From NCBI GenBank assembly GCA_038231275.1, contig JBBRLQ010000014.1, forward strand, positions 32,001 to 96,000: a stretch of 64,000 nucleotides of DNA, read 5' to 3'. Position numbers and translations under genes: made by a program. The stretch is from Polyangiales bacterium (GTDB taxonomy: Bacteria > Myxococcota_A > Polyangia > Polyangiales > Polyangiaceae). Of this stretch, positions 9,034-18,849 are shown piece by piece. Numbering within the stretch: the stretch's first letter is position 1; the number at the start of each line of letters is the position of its first letter. Under the pieces are notes generated by a model that saw only the letters and a list, made by a program, of their open reading frames with translations, was not told the origin of the DNA and did not search any database.

Positions 9034-10956
9034 ATGCGCATCCTGCCGCTCGCGGCGATCGTCCTGGCCGCCTTGTCCTGCAAGGGATCGTCTACGTCGA
9101 CGCCTGCGCCGGAGCCGACGGGCGGAATGCCCCTCCTCGGCGCCGACTGCGATCCGATCGCGCCGGCGCACTGCGGCCTCCCCTTTCCGTCGAACGTCTG
9201 GCGCGTGGACGGCAAGGTCACGTTCGGCGCGACGACGCTCCCCGCGCTGCGAGGGAAGGCTCCGACGAACCCGTCGTTGTGGCTCGATCGCGATGGCTTC
9301 TCGCCGGGGCAGTCGGTCTTGGTCGTCCTACCGGGCGCGGCGGCGACAGCGCTGCCCAACGCCGACACGATCGCCGCGTCCGTCGCTGCCGACTCGCCGA
9401 GCGTCCTCATGGACGCTGAAACGGGCGAGAAAATCCCTCACTTCGTCGATCTCGACAGCGGCTCGACGGACGACCAAGATCGCGCGCTCATCCTTCACCC
9501 CGCCATCCGCCTCAAAGACGCGACGCGCTACCTCGTCGCGTACCGGCACGTCAAAGACGGCGACGGGAAGGACGTCGAGCCGTCCTCGGTCTTCAAGGCC
9601 CTCCGCGACGGCGCGTCGCACTCCGATGCATCGGTGCACCGCCGCCGCGCGCTCTACGACGACATCTTCGGCCGCCTCGAGGCGCACGGCGTCGCGCGCA
9701 GCGATCTGCAAGTCGCGTGGGACTACACGACGTCGAGCCGCGCCAACACCACCGCCGGCCTCCTCAAGATGCGCGACGAGGCGCTGGCCTTGGTCGGCGC
9801 CGACGGCCCCGAGTACACGATCACGAAGGTCGAGGATCACCCCGTCACGCATACGCTCCAGCGCCTCACCGGCCTGATGACGGTGCCGCTCTACCTCGAC
9901 AAGCCGGAGCCCGGCGGCAAGCTGGTCCTCGGCGCCGACGGCCTCCCCAAGCAGAACGGCACCGCACAGTACGAGTTCGTCGTCCACATCCCCAACAGCA
10001 TCGCGAACGGCCAGCCGCTCGGCATCGTGCAGAACGGCCACGGTCTGTTCGGCGCGAAGGATGAGGGCGACGGCGACGATGGACAGCTCGTGACGTTCTG
10101 CGATCGGTTCGGGTACGTCGGCGTCGCGGTGGATCTCATCGGCATGGCGCACGACGACGTGGACATCGCGATCCACTCCGTGTCGGACGACATCGCGCTC
10201 TTCCGCGGCCTCGTCGACCGCCAACACCAGGGCGTCCTCAACGAGCTCTTGGCGATGCGCATGATGAAGGGACGCTTCACGCGCGATCCTCACGTGCAAA
10301 TGAATGGCAAGAGCGCGATCGATGCGTCGCGCGCGTTCCGGCGCGGCGACAGCCAGGGCGGCGTCTTCGGCGGAACGTACATGTCACTCACCACCGACGT
10401 GACGCGTGGCGTGCTCGGCGTTCCCGGCGCGCCGTACAGCTTGCTCCTCGATCGCAGCGCGGACTTCAGCGGCTACAAATTCCTCCTCCGCGGCAACTAC
10501 GCGACGGCGACCGACGTGCAGATCGTCCTCGGGATGATGCAGATCTGGTGGGACCGCACCGAGCCCAACGGCTGGATACCCTACGTCCGGGAGAACATGC
10601 ACCCCGGGACCCCGGCGCACGAGGTGCTGATGGAGGTCGCGATCGGCGATCACCAAGTCACGCCGCTCGGCGCGCATTTCGAGGCGCGGACGATGAAGAT
10701 TCCGAACCTTCGCCCCCTAAACCGCGACATCTTCGGCGTCGAAGGCAAGGACGGCCCCTTCACCGGCAGCGCGATGGTCGAGTACTCGTTCGGACTTGCG
10801 CCTGCGCCGCTCTCGAACTACCCGCCGGACACGACGAGCGGCGACGATCCGCACGGCAAGCCGCGCAAGCTCGAGCCGACCTACTTGATGCAGGACAAGT
10901 TCTTCCGCGAGGGGATCATCGCGCCGTTCTGCGACGGCCCGTGCGATCCGATCTGA
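9034..10956 (+). CDS. Lipoprotein with Ig-like and alpha/beta-hydrolase domains (shorter relative of paralogues A and B)
   Basis: Lipobox AALSC; LPFPSN, DGFS, GHGLFG, GDSQGG, GDHQV and DPHG motifs. Confidence 0.75.
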   Translation: MRILPLAAIVLAALSCKGSSTSTPAPEPTGGMPLLGADCDPIAPAHCGLPFPSNVWRVDGKVTFGATTLPALRGKAPTNPSLWLDRDGFSPGQSVLVVLPGAAATALPNADTIAASVAADSPSVLMDAETGEKIPHFVDLDSGSTDDQDRALILHPAIRLKDATRYLVAYRHVKDGDGKDVEPSSVFKALRDGASHSDASVHRRRALYDDIFGRLEAHGVARSDLQVAWDYTTSSRANTTAGLLKMRDEALALVGADGPEYTITKVEDHPVTHTLQRLTGLMTVPLYLDKPEPGGKLVLGADGLPKQNGTAQYEFVVHIPNSIANGQPLGIVQNGHGLFGAKDEGDGDDGQLVTFCDRFGYVGVAVDLIGMAHDDVDIAIHSVSDDIALFRGLVDRQHQGVLNELLAMRMMKGRFTRDPHVQMNGKSAIDASRAFRRGDSQGGVFGGTYMSLTTDVTRGVLGVPGAPYSLLLDRSADFSGYKFLLRGNYATATDVQIVLGMMQIWWDRTEPNGWIPYVRENMHPGTPAHEVLMEVAIGDHQVTPLGAHFEARTMKIPNLRPLNRDIFGVEGKDGPFTGSAMVEYSFGLAPAPLSNYPPDTTSGDDPHGKPRKLEPTYLMQDKFFREGIIAPFCDGPCDPI

Positions 10957-10976
10957 CGGAGATTGCTCAGTGGCGC

Positions 10977-12251
10977 TCAGAACCCGGGCGGGAACGTCAC
11001 GTCTTCGAGGGGCACCGTGTCGTGGCATTTGCTCGACGTCGCGGAGACGCCGCTCGGGCAGACGCGGACGGTGCCAGTCAGGTAGTCGAGGTAGAGATCT
11101 GTGTAGCCGATGCGCGCGTTCTTGCCGGTGCGGTACGCGTAGTACGAGTCCTTCGCGCGGAGGAAGACGATCTTCGCGTCCTCCGCGAGCGCCGCCTCTT
11201 CTTGCGCGGGCGTCGCGCGGGTGCCGGCGGGGAGGCGTCCGTAGCCGGGCACGTCACGGACCTCGTAGTCGTAGAGGAGCGTCTCGTGGTCCACGGAATT
11301 CGCGTCGCTCGCGGGCTTGGCGGGCACGCGCGTGAATGCGCCATCGTCGTTGGGGTCGGCGTTGTCGGCCCAGAACCAGCCGATCGGGAGAGGCGCGCCG
11401 GCGTGGAGGGCGCGTTGGATGCGCCGAAAGAACGCGCGTCGTGCGGCCGGCGTCTTCGCGTCGTAGACGACGTCGTCCCACGCGAACTGACCCTTGCGAT
11501 GATCGGGGTTCGATCCTCGGACACGGTCGCCGATGGCTTCGCGCAGCGTGCCCAAGATCGATGCGCCGTTCGCGCGCGGGTGGAGGACGGAGACGTGCTC
11601 CGCGTCGACGACGATGCCCTGCGCTTCGGCGCCGTTATCGAGCGTCGCCTCGCCGTCCTCGCCGAACACGCGCGTCAACGCGGCGGCGACGCCAGCGCCC
11701 AGCCGGAACGCGCGCTCCAGCTCACGACGCACGAGCGCGCCGTCGCGCCGCGCGGGAGAAGAAGAGAGGGGGCCGGACGTCAGTGACGTGGCGAGGGTAC
11801 GAAGCGCCGCGCCAGTGGCCTTCGCGTCGGTTGCGGCGCCGTCCCCGATGAAGTCCGGATCGCGCACGAGCCCGCGCGCGAGGATCAGCTCCACGGCGGA
11901 GCCCCACGAGCCGCCAGAGTCGAGCTCGTCTTTCACGGCCTGGCTCGTCTTCCCGTGGATCTCGCCGTGCGTGATCTTGGCGTACCAATCCCAGTAGTCC
12001 CAATACGTCGGTGCGAAATGCATCGCCTCGTGGGTGCCGCTCGTCACCGTCACAGCGGAGCGCTCCAGGCTCTCGGCCCATGCGGCGGTCGCATAGAGCC
12101 AGCAGTTGCCGGTCTCCTTCTGATCGCGCGGGCTCGTCCTCGGGATGTCGGTGACGGCCTCGCCACTGTCGTCGACGGCATCGCCCGCCGCGCCGCACGC
12201 CGCGACCGCGACGAGGAGCTGGAAAATTCCAACCGCGCGAGCGACCTTCAT
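10977..12251 (-). CDS. Papain-like (C1) cysteine peptidase lipoprotein; paralogue 1
   Basis: DQKETGNCWLYA (Gln...Cys-Trp), DHETLL (His), AKDSY at the NSW position; collinear with 15279..16523. Confidence 0.75.
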   Translation of the reverse strand: MKVARAVGIFQLLVAVAACGAAGDAVDDSGEAVTDIPRTSPRDQKETGNCWLYATAAWAESLERSAVTVTSGTHEAMHFAPTYWDYWDWYAKITHGEIHGKTSQAVKDELDSGGSWGSAVELILARGLVRDPDFIGDGAATDAKATGAALRTLATSLTSGPLSSSPARRDGALVRRELERAFRLGAGVAAALTRVFGEDGEATLDNGAEAQGIVVDAEHVSVLHPRANGASILGTLREAIGDRVRGSNPDHRKGQFAWDDVVYDAKTPAARRAFFRRIQRALHAGAPLPIGWFWADNADPNDDGAFTRVPAKPASDANSVDHETLLYDYEVRDVPGYGRLPAGTRATPAQEEAALAEDAKIVFLRAKDSYYAYRTGKNARIGYTDLYLDYLTGTVRVCPSGVSATSSKCHDTVPLEDVTFPPGF

Positions 12252-12319
12252 TCCGCGACCATCCGCGCGACGCAATGCCACCTCGAGCGGCCCGACGCAA
12301 AGGGGACTCGTCCGATTTC

Positions 12320-12931
12320 TCAGCCCGGCCGAACGACCTTCGCAAATTCGCGGAGCGCCACGTCTTGGTCTTCGCGCGTGACGAAGGGTGCGACGAGCTG
12401 GAAATCGAGCTTGGGCAGGAGGATGCTCCGCGGGGCGCTCGTGTAGCCCCCTTCGCTGCTCCGGCGGTACAAGGCAAATGCGCCGTCCTGCCAGAGCCAG
12501 ACCTCGGGGATGGCGAGGCCGTCGTAGACGTGCAGCTTGTCGAGAAGCGGGCTCGTGTGAATGACCTCGAGCACGATGTCAGGAATCTCGCCGTCCCTCA
12601 TCTGGGTTCCGACCCGCCAGCACTCGTCGGGCTCCACGCCGCGCTCCTTGGCCTCGTTCCGGAACGTCGTCGACCCGTACCCCAGGAGAGGGAGCTCCAG
12701 GAGGAACGCGTAGAGCTCGATGAGACGTGCGATCGTCGTTTTCCATAGCTCGTGGCTTCGTGACGGGCTCATGAGCTCCAACACCCCCTCGCAATACGTC
12801 ATGCGCAGCCCGTGCGTATCGAGCGCCTCGCGCAAAATGACGTAGTCCTTCCACGAGACGCCGTTGATGAGCATCCGCTGCTCCGGCGCGGGCGAAGGCG
12901 GCGTCGGCGGGAGGCGCGTGGCGGCGACCAT
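12320..12931 (-). CDS. Uma2/DUF820 family putative endonuclease
   Basis: VSWKDY, LELMSPSRSHE, GSTT, EPDEC, PDIVLEV, K..Y and IPEVW motifs. Confidence 0.9.
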   Translation of the reverse strand: MVAATRLPPTPPSPAPEQRMLINGVSWKDYVILREALDTHGLRMTYCEGVLELMSPSRSHELWKTTIARLIELYAFLLELPLLGYGSTTFRNEAKERGVEPDECWRVGTQMRDGEIPDIVLEVIHTSPLLDKLHVYDGLAIPEVWLWQDGAFALYRRSSEGGYTSAPRSILLPKLDFQLVAPFVTREDQDVALREFAKVVRPG

Positions 12932-12966
12932 GTCTCAAGTATACTACTCCCCGCGGTAGATGGCAG

Positions 12967-13878
12967 ATGGACCTCCAAGCGCTCCTCGACGAGATCGCCG
13001 CCGCCTCGCGCCCGCTGGCTGCGCGCGGGAAGGTCGCGGACTACATTCACGCGCTCGAGGCGGTGTCGCCCGATCGCTTCGGCATCGCGCTCGCGACGGT
13101 GGACGGCGCGCTCGTCGGCAGCGGTGATTTCAACGAGGCGTTCTCGCTGCAGAGCGTCGGCAAGGCGTTCACGCTGGCGCTCGTCCTCTCGCGTGATCAC
13201 GACGCGCTTTGGACGCGCGTAGGGCGCGAGCCGTCCGGCAACCCGTTCAACTCGCTCGTGCAGCTCGAGGTCGAGCACGGCGTGCCGCGTAACCCCTTCA
13301 TCAACGCCGGCGCCCTCGTCGTCGTCGATCGCCTGCTCGCCACGACCGGCGACGCGTTCGGCACGCTCCGCGATTTTCTCCGCGCGGAGAGCGGAAACGC
13401 CAACGTCGATCTCGACCCCGTCGTCGCGAGGTCGGAGGCCGAGCACGGCCACCGCAACGCCGCGCTCGCGCACTTCATGGCGAGCTACGGCAACCTCGAC
13501 AGCGCCGTCGACACGGTCCTCGACCACTACTTTCGCCAATGCGCGATCGCGATGAGCTGCGCCGATCTCGCGAAGGCCGGCCTCTTCCTCGCGCGCCACG
13601 GCGTGCGCGCCGACGGGACGCGGCTCTTTTCGCCCAGCGACGCCAAGCGCGTGAACGCGATCCTCCTCACGTGCGGCACCTACGATGCGGCCGGCGACTT
13701 CGCGTACCGCGTCGGCCTTCCCGGCAAGAGTGGTGTCGGCGGCGGCATCCTCGCGGTGCTGCCCGGTCGAGGATGCCTGGTGGTCTGGGGACCCGCGCTC
13801 GACAAAAGCGGCAACAGCATCGCCGGCGTGGAGGCCCTCGATCGCTTCACGACACAGACCGGATGGTCGGTGTTCTGA
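12967..13878 (+). CDS. glsA: Glutaminase
   Basis: GKVADYI, QSVGK (SxxK), GREPSGNPFN, NPFINAGA and PGKSGVGGG motifs. Confidence 0.95.
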   Translation: MDLQALLDEIAAASRPLAARGKVADYIHALEAVSPDRFGIALATVDGALVGSGDFNEAFSLQSVGKAFTLALVLSRDHDALWTRVGREPSGNPFNSLVQLEVEHGVPRNPFINAGALVVVDRLLATTGDAFGTLRDFLRAESGNANVDLDPVVARSEAEHGHRNAALAHFMASYGNLDSAVDTVLDHYFRQCAIAMSCADLAKAGLFLARHGVRADGTRLFSPSDAKRVNAILLTCGTYDAAGDFAYRVGLPGKSGVGGGILAVLPGRGCLVVWGPALDKSGNSIAGVEALDRFTTQTGWSVF

Positions 13879-13924
13879 GGAAAAATTCGGGGCTACCTCG
13901 TCGCGCGCGTGTCAAAGTCGTGCC

Positions 13925-15070
13925 ATGTCGCCGAAGGCACCGCGCTTCGCTCTCGCAAGAATCCGACGGGCCCTAGGACTCGCAAAGCTGGGCGCGGTCA
14001 TCCTGGCGCTTCCGCTGGCGTCCACCGCCGTCGCACAAACCGCGGATGCCCCCGTGCGCGATCATCGGGGTCACGGAACTCCGCCGCCGGCGGTCGTGAC
14101 GCCAGGACCGGTCACAACCGGAACCGGTCGCCACGTGCCGCCGCCCACCGTTCCCGCGGGGCCTGTCGACACCGGCAAGAGCCCGCCACCGCCCGCCGGC
14201 GCTCTCCCCGGCCAGTTCGCGTTTCGCCAAATTCTCACGAGCTACTACTTCTCGGCATCGGGCTGGAAGGCCGGCGCGTCCAAGACTCTCGGACCGAACG
14301 AGAAGTTTCATCTCGTCGTATCCCCGAACGATCCGGTGGGCGAAAAGACGATTCACGCCGCCAACGGCGGTCAATTGTACGCGACCCAGGGGTATGTCGC
14401 GGACGGCTCCGATAGGTACCCGGGCCACGTCGCGCTGTCGTCGAGCCCCTCGACGCTCCCGTCGACCATGGCGGACAACACCCGATTTTTCATCGAGGCG
14501 TACGCTCGAAACGATACGTACGCGGGCACGCACACGATCGTGCCGAAGATCGAGCGCCGATGGCCGATCATGCAGACGGGCGACTTCCGAAATCCCGAGG
14601 GCGGCGTCGCGCTCTTCCAAGAGACGGCCATGTCGCTCTTCCGCGTCCTCAAGTGCGGCGACGTCGGGAGCGGCACGGAGTTCGCGGTGAGGATGGCGGG
14701 GTCGTCGACGAAGACTCCCCAATTCCCCCACGCGCGGCTCCGGCGAGAGCAGGACGGAACCTACGTCTTCGCGTTCGAGGAGAAGGGCAAGCCCACGCGC
14801 TACATGTCCGCGGCCGGCGGCGGTGGCTACGCGTCCGACAAGGACGCCCCGGACGGCGCCACGATGCGCTTCGATCGAACGTCGCCCCTCGACTGGGAGC
14901 GGTTCAAGCTGATCGATCAGGGCAACTGCACCTACGCGATCCAAACGTGGCGCGGATTCGTCGTCGCATACAAAGAGGGCGTCGGGTACTCGACGGCGTT
15001 CCGAGATGTTGCGGCCGCCGCGATGAAAGAGACACGGGCCGCGTGGGATTTGACGCCGCTGGGGCTCTGA
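13925..15070 (+). CDS. Secreted protein with fascin-like beta-trefoil domain(s)
   Basis: Signal peptide ending AVA-Q; Pro-rich linker; LGPNEKF and WERFKLIDQGNCTYAIQTWRG resemble fascin-domain repeats. Confidence 0.55.
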   Translation: MSPKAPRFALARIRRALGLAKLGAVILALPLASTAVAQTADAPVRDHRGHGTPPPAVVTPGPVTTGTGRHVPPPTVPAGPVDTGKSPPPPAGALPGQFAFRQILTSYYFSASGWKAGASKTLGPNEKFHLVVSPNDPVGEKTIHAANGGQLYATQGYVADGSDRYPGHVALSSSPSTLPSTMADNTRFFIEAYARNDTYAGTHTIVPKIERRWPIMQTGDFRNPEGGVALFQETAMSLFRVLKCGDVGSGTEFAVRMAGSSTKTPQFPHARLRREQDGTYVFAFEEKGKPTRYMSAAGGGGYASDKDAPDGATMRFDRTSPLDWERFKLIDQGNCTYAIQTWRGFVVAYKEGVGYSTAFRDVAAAAMKETRAAWDLTPLGL

Positions 15071-15249
15071 TTCGGAAATCCGAATTCGATCTGTTGGAAC
15101 GCTCCGCATCCAGGCGAGGCGTCGCGTGCCAACCAAGTTTGCTTTGGCGGTCATGATGGACAGATCCCCTGGATCACGCGGGGTCCAGTCGTTGTGCCTC
15201 GCAACGCGCGAAATCACGAAATTGCCCGGGGAAAACGGGTAACCGTGTG

Positions 15250-15265
15250 TGGTCCAAGGTGTGCA
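15250..15265 (+). promoter_or_regulatory. Possible sigma54 (-24/-12) promoter
   Basis: TGGTCCAAGGTGTGCA has GG-N10-GC spacing; AT-richer CAACGCGCGAAATCAC at 15202-15217 upstream. Confidence 0.35.
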
Positions 15266-15278
15266 CCTGATCGCTCCG

Positions 15279-16523
15279 ATGCGATCCGTCCTCTCCCGCG
15301 CGCTGTTCCTCTCCGCACTGACCCTCCCCGCGTTCGCGCCTGGCTGCGCGTCGAAGTCGTCGACCGCGACGTCCGACGACAACGCCGTCACCGAGATCCC
15401 ACAGACGCCGGTGAAGGATCAGTCCATCGGCAACTGCTGGACGTACGCGACGGTCGGCTGGATGGAGTCGCTCGTCAAACAGGCGACGGCGACCGACCAC
15501 AACTTCTCCGAGTCGTACATCAACTACTGGTACTGGTTCGAGCAGATCGCCAACGACGGCGCGTCGTCGATCACCGAGGGCGGCTCGTGGGGCAAGGCCG
15601 TCGGGCTTGCGACGCGGTACGGCTTGTACGAAGAAGGCGACTTCATCGCGGCCGAGAAGGACGTCGCGCGCTCGAGCAGCCAAGAAGCTGCGCTCAAAGC
15701 GATCCGCACGTCGCTCGGCGGCGGCGCGCTGAAGACGCCGGAGGCGCGCGCCGATCGCAAGCTGGTGCGCGCGGAGCTCGACAAGGCGTGGGCGCTCGAT
15801 CCCGCGGTCGTCGCGCAGATGGACAAGCTCTTCGGCCAAGACGCGAGCAAGACGCTCGACGCCGTCACCGCGCTGCCCGACGGCGTGAGCGTGCACCGCA
15901 CCAAAGACTTCGCGGTGAAGCTCAAGGATCCGACGAGCGGCACCATGACGGATGCCACGCTCGCCGACGCGATCGGCACGGCGACGTTCGCGGGCTTCGA
16001 CGAGGATCGGACGGGAGCGCTCGCGTGGGGCAGCGCGCGATACCCCAGCGCATCCGACGCGAAGGGCCGCCGCGCGTTCTTGAAGCGCATCCAACGCGCG
16101 ATGCACGACAACCAGCCGGTGCTGCTCTCCTGGTACGTCGACTTCAACGCGATGTCGCTCGACGGGAAATTCCTGAAGCCCCCGGCGACGCCCGGCTCGC
16201 AAGGCGGGCACATGGTCGTCTTCGAGGACTACGAGGTCGACAACGTCCCCGGCTTCGGCACGCTCCCGGCGGGCACGCTGGAGTCACGCCCCGAGGCGCT
16301 CCAGGCCGCGCTGGCCGACGAGGCCACGATCCATTTCTTCCGGATCAAGAACTCGTGGGGCAACTACCGCTCGCCGGTGCTCGCCGGCTACCACGATCTC
16401 TACATGGACTACATGAACGGCCCGGTGCAGATCTGCCAGACGGACGCGAACGAGAAGCCGATCCCCGGCACGTGCCATGACGGGGTCCCGCTCGAGGACG
16501 TGGTGCTGCCGGCGGGGTACTGA
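15279..16523 (+). CDS. Papain-like (C1) cysteine peptidase lipoprotein; paralogue 2
   Basis: VKDQSIGNCWTYA, GGHMVV, IKNSWG give a complete Gln/Cys/His/Asn set; lipobox APGC. Confidence 0.82.
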   Translation: MRSVLSRALFLSALTLPAFAPGCASKSSTATSDDNAVTEIPQTPVKDQSIGNCWTYATVGWMESLVKQATATDHNFSESYINYWYWFEQIANDGASSITEGGSWGKAVGLATRYGLYEEGDFIAAEKDVARSSSQEAALKAIRTSLGGGALKTPEARADRKLVRAELDKAWALDPAVVAQMDKLFGQDASKTLDAVTALPDGVSVHRTKDFAVKLKDPTSGTMTDATLADAIGTATFAGFDEDRTGALAWGSARYPSASDAKGRRAFLKRIQRAMHDNQPVLLSWYVDFNAMSLDGKFLKPPATPGSQGGHMVVFEDYEVDNVPGFGTLPAGTLESRPEALQAALADEATIHFFRIKNSWGNYRSPVLAGYHDLYMDYMNGPVQICQTDANEKPIPGTCHDGVPLEDVVLPAGY

Positions 16524-16529
16524 GCGTCG

Positions 16530-16621
16530 ATCGCGTCGACGCGGAGCCCATCAGACGAGGAACACGCGGCGAGGGCGTTCACGAGGACGGCGACAAGGAC
16601 GGCGAGCGACGTGCCCATCAT
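16530..16621 (-). pseudogene. Orphan lipoprotein signal-peptide remnant
   Basis: MMGTSLAVLVAVLVNALAACSSSD has a good lipobox, then the frame runs into the antisense strand of the papain gene. Confidence 0.4.
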
Positions 16622-16662
16622 GACGACAGGACAAGCCGTCGTGTACCCTATGCAAGGGACCC

Positions 16663-17178
16663 ATGCGTGTGCGGGCGGCGGCAGGCGGTGACGCGGAGCA
16701 GATCGCGGCGATCTACGCGCCGATCGTGCGCGATACGACGATCTCGTTCGAGGTGGAGCCTCCGACCGCCGACGTCATGCGGGCGCGCATCGAAGCGCAT
16801 CCGACGCTGCCGTGGCTCGTCGCCGTGGATGACGCGGATGACGCCGCGATCCTCGGGTACGCCAACGCCAGGCCGCATCGCGAGCGCGCCGCGTACCGCT
16901 GGTCCGTCGACACCGCTGTGTACGTGAGGACCGACTGCCACCGGCGAGGCATCGGGAAGAGCTTGTACACGCGCCTCTTCGCCGACCTCGTGAGCCGCGG
17001 CTATTTCCAGGCGTTTGCGGGGATCGCGCTCCCCAACGCGTCCAGCGTCGGCATGCACGAGGCGCTCGGGTTCAAGCTCGTCGGCGTCTACGAGAACGTC
17101 GGGTTCAAGCTCGGCGCGTGGCGCGACGTCGGGTGGTGGCAGAGACCGCTGCAGCCGCTTCGCACTCCAGAGGAGTAG
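16663..17178 (+). CDS. GNAT N-acetyltransferase, phosphinothricin/arsinothricin acetyltransferase-like
   Basis: IYAPIVRDTTISFE, RAAYRWSVD, RRGIGKSLY, PNASSVGMHEALGF and GFKLGAWRDVGWWQ motifs. Confidence 0.88.
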   Translation: MRVRAAAGGDAEQIAAIYAPIVRDTTISFEVEPPTADVMRARIEAHPTLPWLVAVDDADDAAILGYANARPHRERAAYRWSVDTAVYVRTDCHRRGIGKSLYTRLFADLVSRGYFQAFAGIALPNASSVGMHEALGFKLVGVYENVGFKLGAWRDVGWWQRPLQPLRTPEE

Positions 17179-17188
17179 CGCCGCTTCG

Positions 17189-17989
17189 TCAGAAGGTGAG
17201 CGTCCCCTCGATGACCATCACCGCCTTGCCCGCGAGCCGCACGCGGTCACCGACGAGCGTGCAGACGAGCTCGCCGCCACGCTTGCTGACCTGGCGCGCC
17301 TTGAGGTGCGTCTTGTCCAGGCGCGCAGACCAGAAGGGCACGAGGGTGCAGTGCGCGGAGCCGGTGACCGGATCCTCGTCGACGCCCTTCGCGGGCGCAA
17401 AGAATCGCGAGACGAAATCCACGTCTGCGTCCCGGCCGGTGCCGGGCGCGGTGACGACGACCGCGAACTCGCTGTCGAGCGCGGCGATCTTGCGCATGTC
17501 GGGGCGAAGCGTGCGGACGTCCTCGGCGCACTCGTAGACGCAGACCAAATCGCGCGCGCGAACGACCTCGAGAGGCGCGCCGCCGAGCGCTTCGCCGAGC
17601 AGCTTCGGGGCTTCGCACGCGCGCGGCGGACGGGCCGGCAAATCCATGGCGAGCGCGTCGCCTTCCCGCGTCACGTCGAGCGCGCCGCTCTTCGTCCAGA
17701 AGCGCACCTTGTCGCGCGTCTTGTCGAGCCGATCGAAGAGCACGAACGCGGAGGCGAGCGTCGCGTGGCCGCAGAGATCCACCTCGACCTCCGGCGTGAA
17801 CCACCGCAAATCGTAGTCGCCGTCGGCGCGCTTCACGAAGAACGCCGTCTCCGACACGTTGTTCTCGGCAGCGATCTTGCGCATCACGTCCTCGGGGAGC
17901 CACGACGCGAGGGGGCACACGGCGGCGGGATTCCCCGAAAATGCGCGCTCGGCGAAGGCGTCGACCTGGTAGATCGGGACGGTGGACAT
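17189..17989 (-). CDS. PhzF family isomerase
   Basis: QVDAF..FSGNPAAV, SETAF, EVDLCGHATLA and EDPVTGSAH motifs. Confidence 0.93.
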   Translation of the reverse strand: MSTVPIYQVDAFAERAFSGNPAAVCPLASWLPEDVMRKIAAENNVSETAFFVKRADGDYDLRWFTPEVEVDLCGHATLASAFVLFDRLDKTRDKVRFWTKSGALDVTREGDALAMDLPARPPRACEAPKLLGEALGGAPLEVVRARDLVCVYECAEDVRTLRPDMRKIAALDSEFAVVVTAPGTGRDADVDFVSRFFAPAKGVDEDPVTGSAHCTLVPFWSARLDKTHLKARQVSKRGGELVCTLVGDRVRLAGKAVMVIEGTLTF

Positions 17990-18042
17990 GCGCCATGCGT
18001 AGCGCAACCATGGGGGAGCGTCACGCATCGGAGGAGCGTCGC

Positions 18043-18849
18043 ATGCTGGAGAAGAAGAAGCTGGGCCGCTCGGGCATCCCCGTATCGCGCCTCGGTCTCG
18101 CGGGAGGATTCGGCATCGACGCGGACGGCGTCGAGCGCGCCTTCCATGAGCTCGGCGTGAATTACTTCTTCGTGACGCCGCGCTTCAAGCCGCTCATCGA
18201 GGGTTTGCGCCGCCTCATCAAGGCGGGGCATCGCAAAGACATCGTCCTCGCCATGGGCGCAAAGTACCCGACCGGCTGGAGCGTGCCGCGCGAGTTCGAG
18301 AGCGCCGCCAAGGCGATCGGCACAGACACGATCGACGTCTTCCACCTCTTTTGGGTGCAGGCGCACTGGTACGTCACCGGCAACACGTGGCCGGCGATGG
18401 TGAAGCTGAAGGAGGAGGGGAAGGTGCGCGCGCTCGCCATCTCGATCCACGATCGGCCGATGGCGTGTCAGCTCGCCTCTGAGCTCTCCCTCGACGCGCT
18501 CATGATTCGGTACAACGCGGCGCACCGCGGGGCCGAGAAGGAGATCTTCGCGACGCTCCCCGATCCGCGGCCCGGCGTCATCGCGTACACGGCGACGCGG
18601 TGGGGCCGGCTGCTGAAACCCGCAAAAGGGCTCGCCGCGATGAGCCCGCCGGAGTGCTACCGCTTCGCGATCGGGCACTCGGCCGTCGATACGGTCCTCT
18701 GCGGCGCCGGCTCGTACGAAGAGCTCGAGGCGAACGCGAAGGGCGTCATGCAAGGTCCGCTCGAGCTCCCGCGCCTCGCCGAGGTAAAGCAGTTCGGCGA
18801 CGCGGTCCGCGCGACGGCGACCGGCTCGCTCGGGTTCCTCGGCGCGTGA
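18043..18849 (+). CDS. Aldo/keto reductase family protein
   Basis: LGRSGIPVSRLGL, IGTDTIDVFHL, LKEEGKVRALAIS and RYN motifs. Confidence 0.85.
   Translation: MLEKKKLGRSGIPVSRLGLAGGFGIDADGVERAFHELGVNYFFVTPRFKPLIEGLRRLIKAGHRKDIVLAMGAKYPTGWSVPREFESAAKAIGTDTIDVFHLFWVQAHWYVTGNTWPAMVKLKEEGKVRALAISIHDRPMACQLASELSLDALMIRYNAAHRGAEKEIFATLPDPRPGVIAYTATRWGRLLKPAKGLAAMSPPECYRFAIGHSAVDTVLCGAGSYEELEANAKGVMQGPLELPRLAEVKQFGDAVRATATGSLGFLGA

Noticed and set aside
12320..12931. Uma2 gene as part of a defence island
   Set aside because: Solitary; such genes are commonly scattered in myxobacterial genomes; no methylase, toxin or other defence gene is adjacent.
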